Below, one piece after another: positions 63,909-64,000 of a stretch of 64,000 nucleotides of DNA (position 1 is the stretch's first letter; every line of letters starts with the position of its first letter). The position numbers were made by a program, and so were the translations under genes. Source of the stretch: a virus. The DNA lies in the IMG/VR virus record IMGVR_UViG_3300037478_000520, positions 32,001-96,000 of that record; one strand, 5' to 3'. The notes beneath the pieces were generated by a model. That model was not told where the DNA came from and did not search any database. It saw only the letters and a list, made by a program, of their open reading frames with translations.

Positions 63909-64000
63909 GGACGCGATGGTGATGTTGGCGATCGTTGGCGCGGGACCAGATGCTGTATTCGCCTGCGCTTGCGCCTGTCCCGTCTCGGTAGTCGCGGTGC

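Noticed and set aside
1-64000. Integrase, att sites, replication genes, cas1/cas2
   Set aside because: None recognised in this window. They may lie outside it, so temperate lifestyle and the source of spacer acquisition remain unproven.

Overview
The window is a GC-rich stretch of a contractile-tailed (myovirus-like) phage or prophage. The host is probably a myxobacterium, inferred from gene content and not proven. A complete late module runs on the minus strand from about 10.8 to 45.7 kb: terminases, DUF935-type portal, ClpP-type head protease, capsid, sheath, tube, frameshifted chaperone, tape measure, baseplate, fibres, endolysin and holin. A divergent plus-strand early region (46-59 kb) holds many small genes, driven by five near-identical sigma70 promoters with a shared operator box and joined by a repeated GGAGGTGCGCTGTGA junction. 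The main feature is a phage-encoded Cas12m-like (type V-M/V-U1) effector at 59489-61588 with a D-N-D RuvC triad, so it is probably nuclease-dead. It has three dispersed CRISPR arrays (10018-10560 minus, 24664-25287 plus, 61657-62575 plus) plus a solo repeat, and no cas1/cas2 in the window. The arrays share a ~192-nt leader and two spacers. One spacer matches this phage itself (36/37). Several others translate into motifs of competing elements (VapE- and D5/P4-type Walker A, excisionase-like HTH, tyrosine-integrase tail) and of a patatin/CapV-like lipase. This suggests a CRISPRi-type system aimed at rival elements and possibly host defence. The left end carries a DNA methyltransferase, an RNA-repair-like locus (conserved coiled-coil gene, two circularly permuted tRNA-like RNAs, tRNA-Pro, broken rtcB) and a 4.36-kb IS1-family element with cargo genes. 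All family assignments come from motif recognition by eye; no database searches were run.
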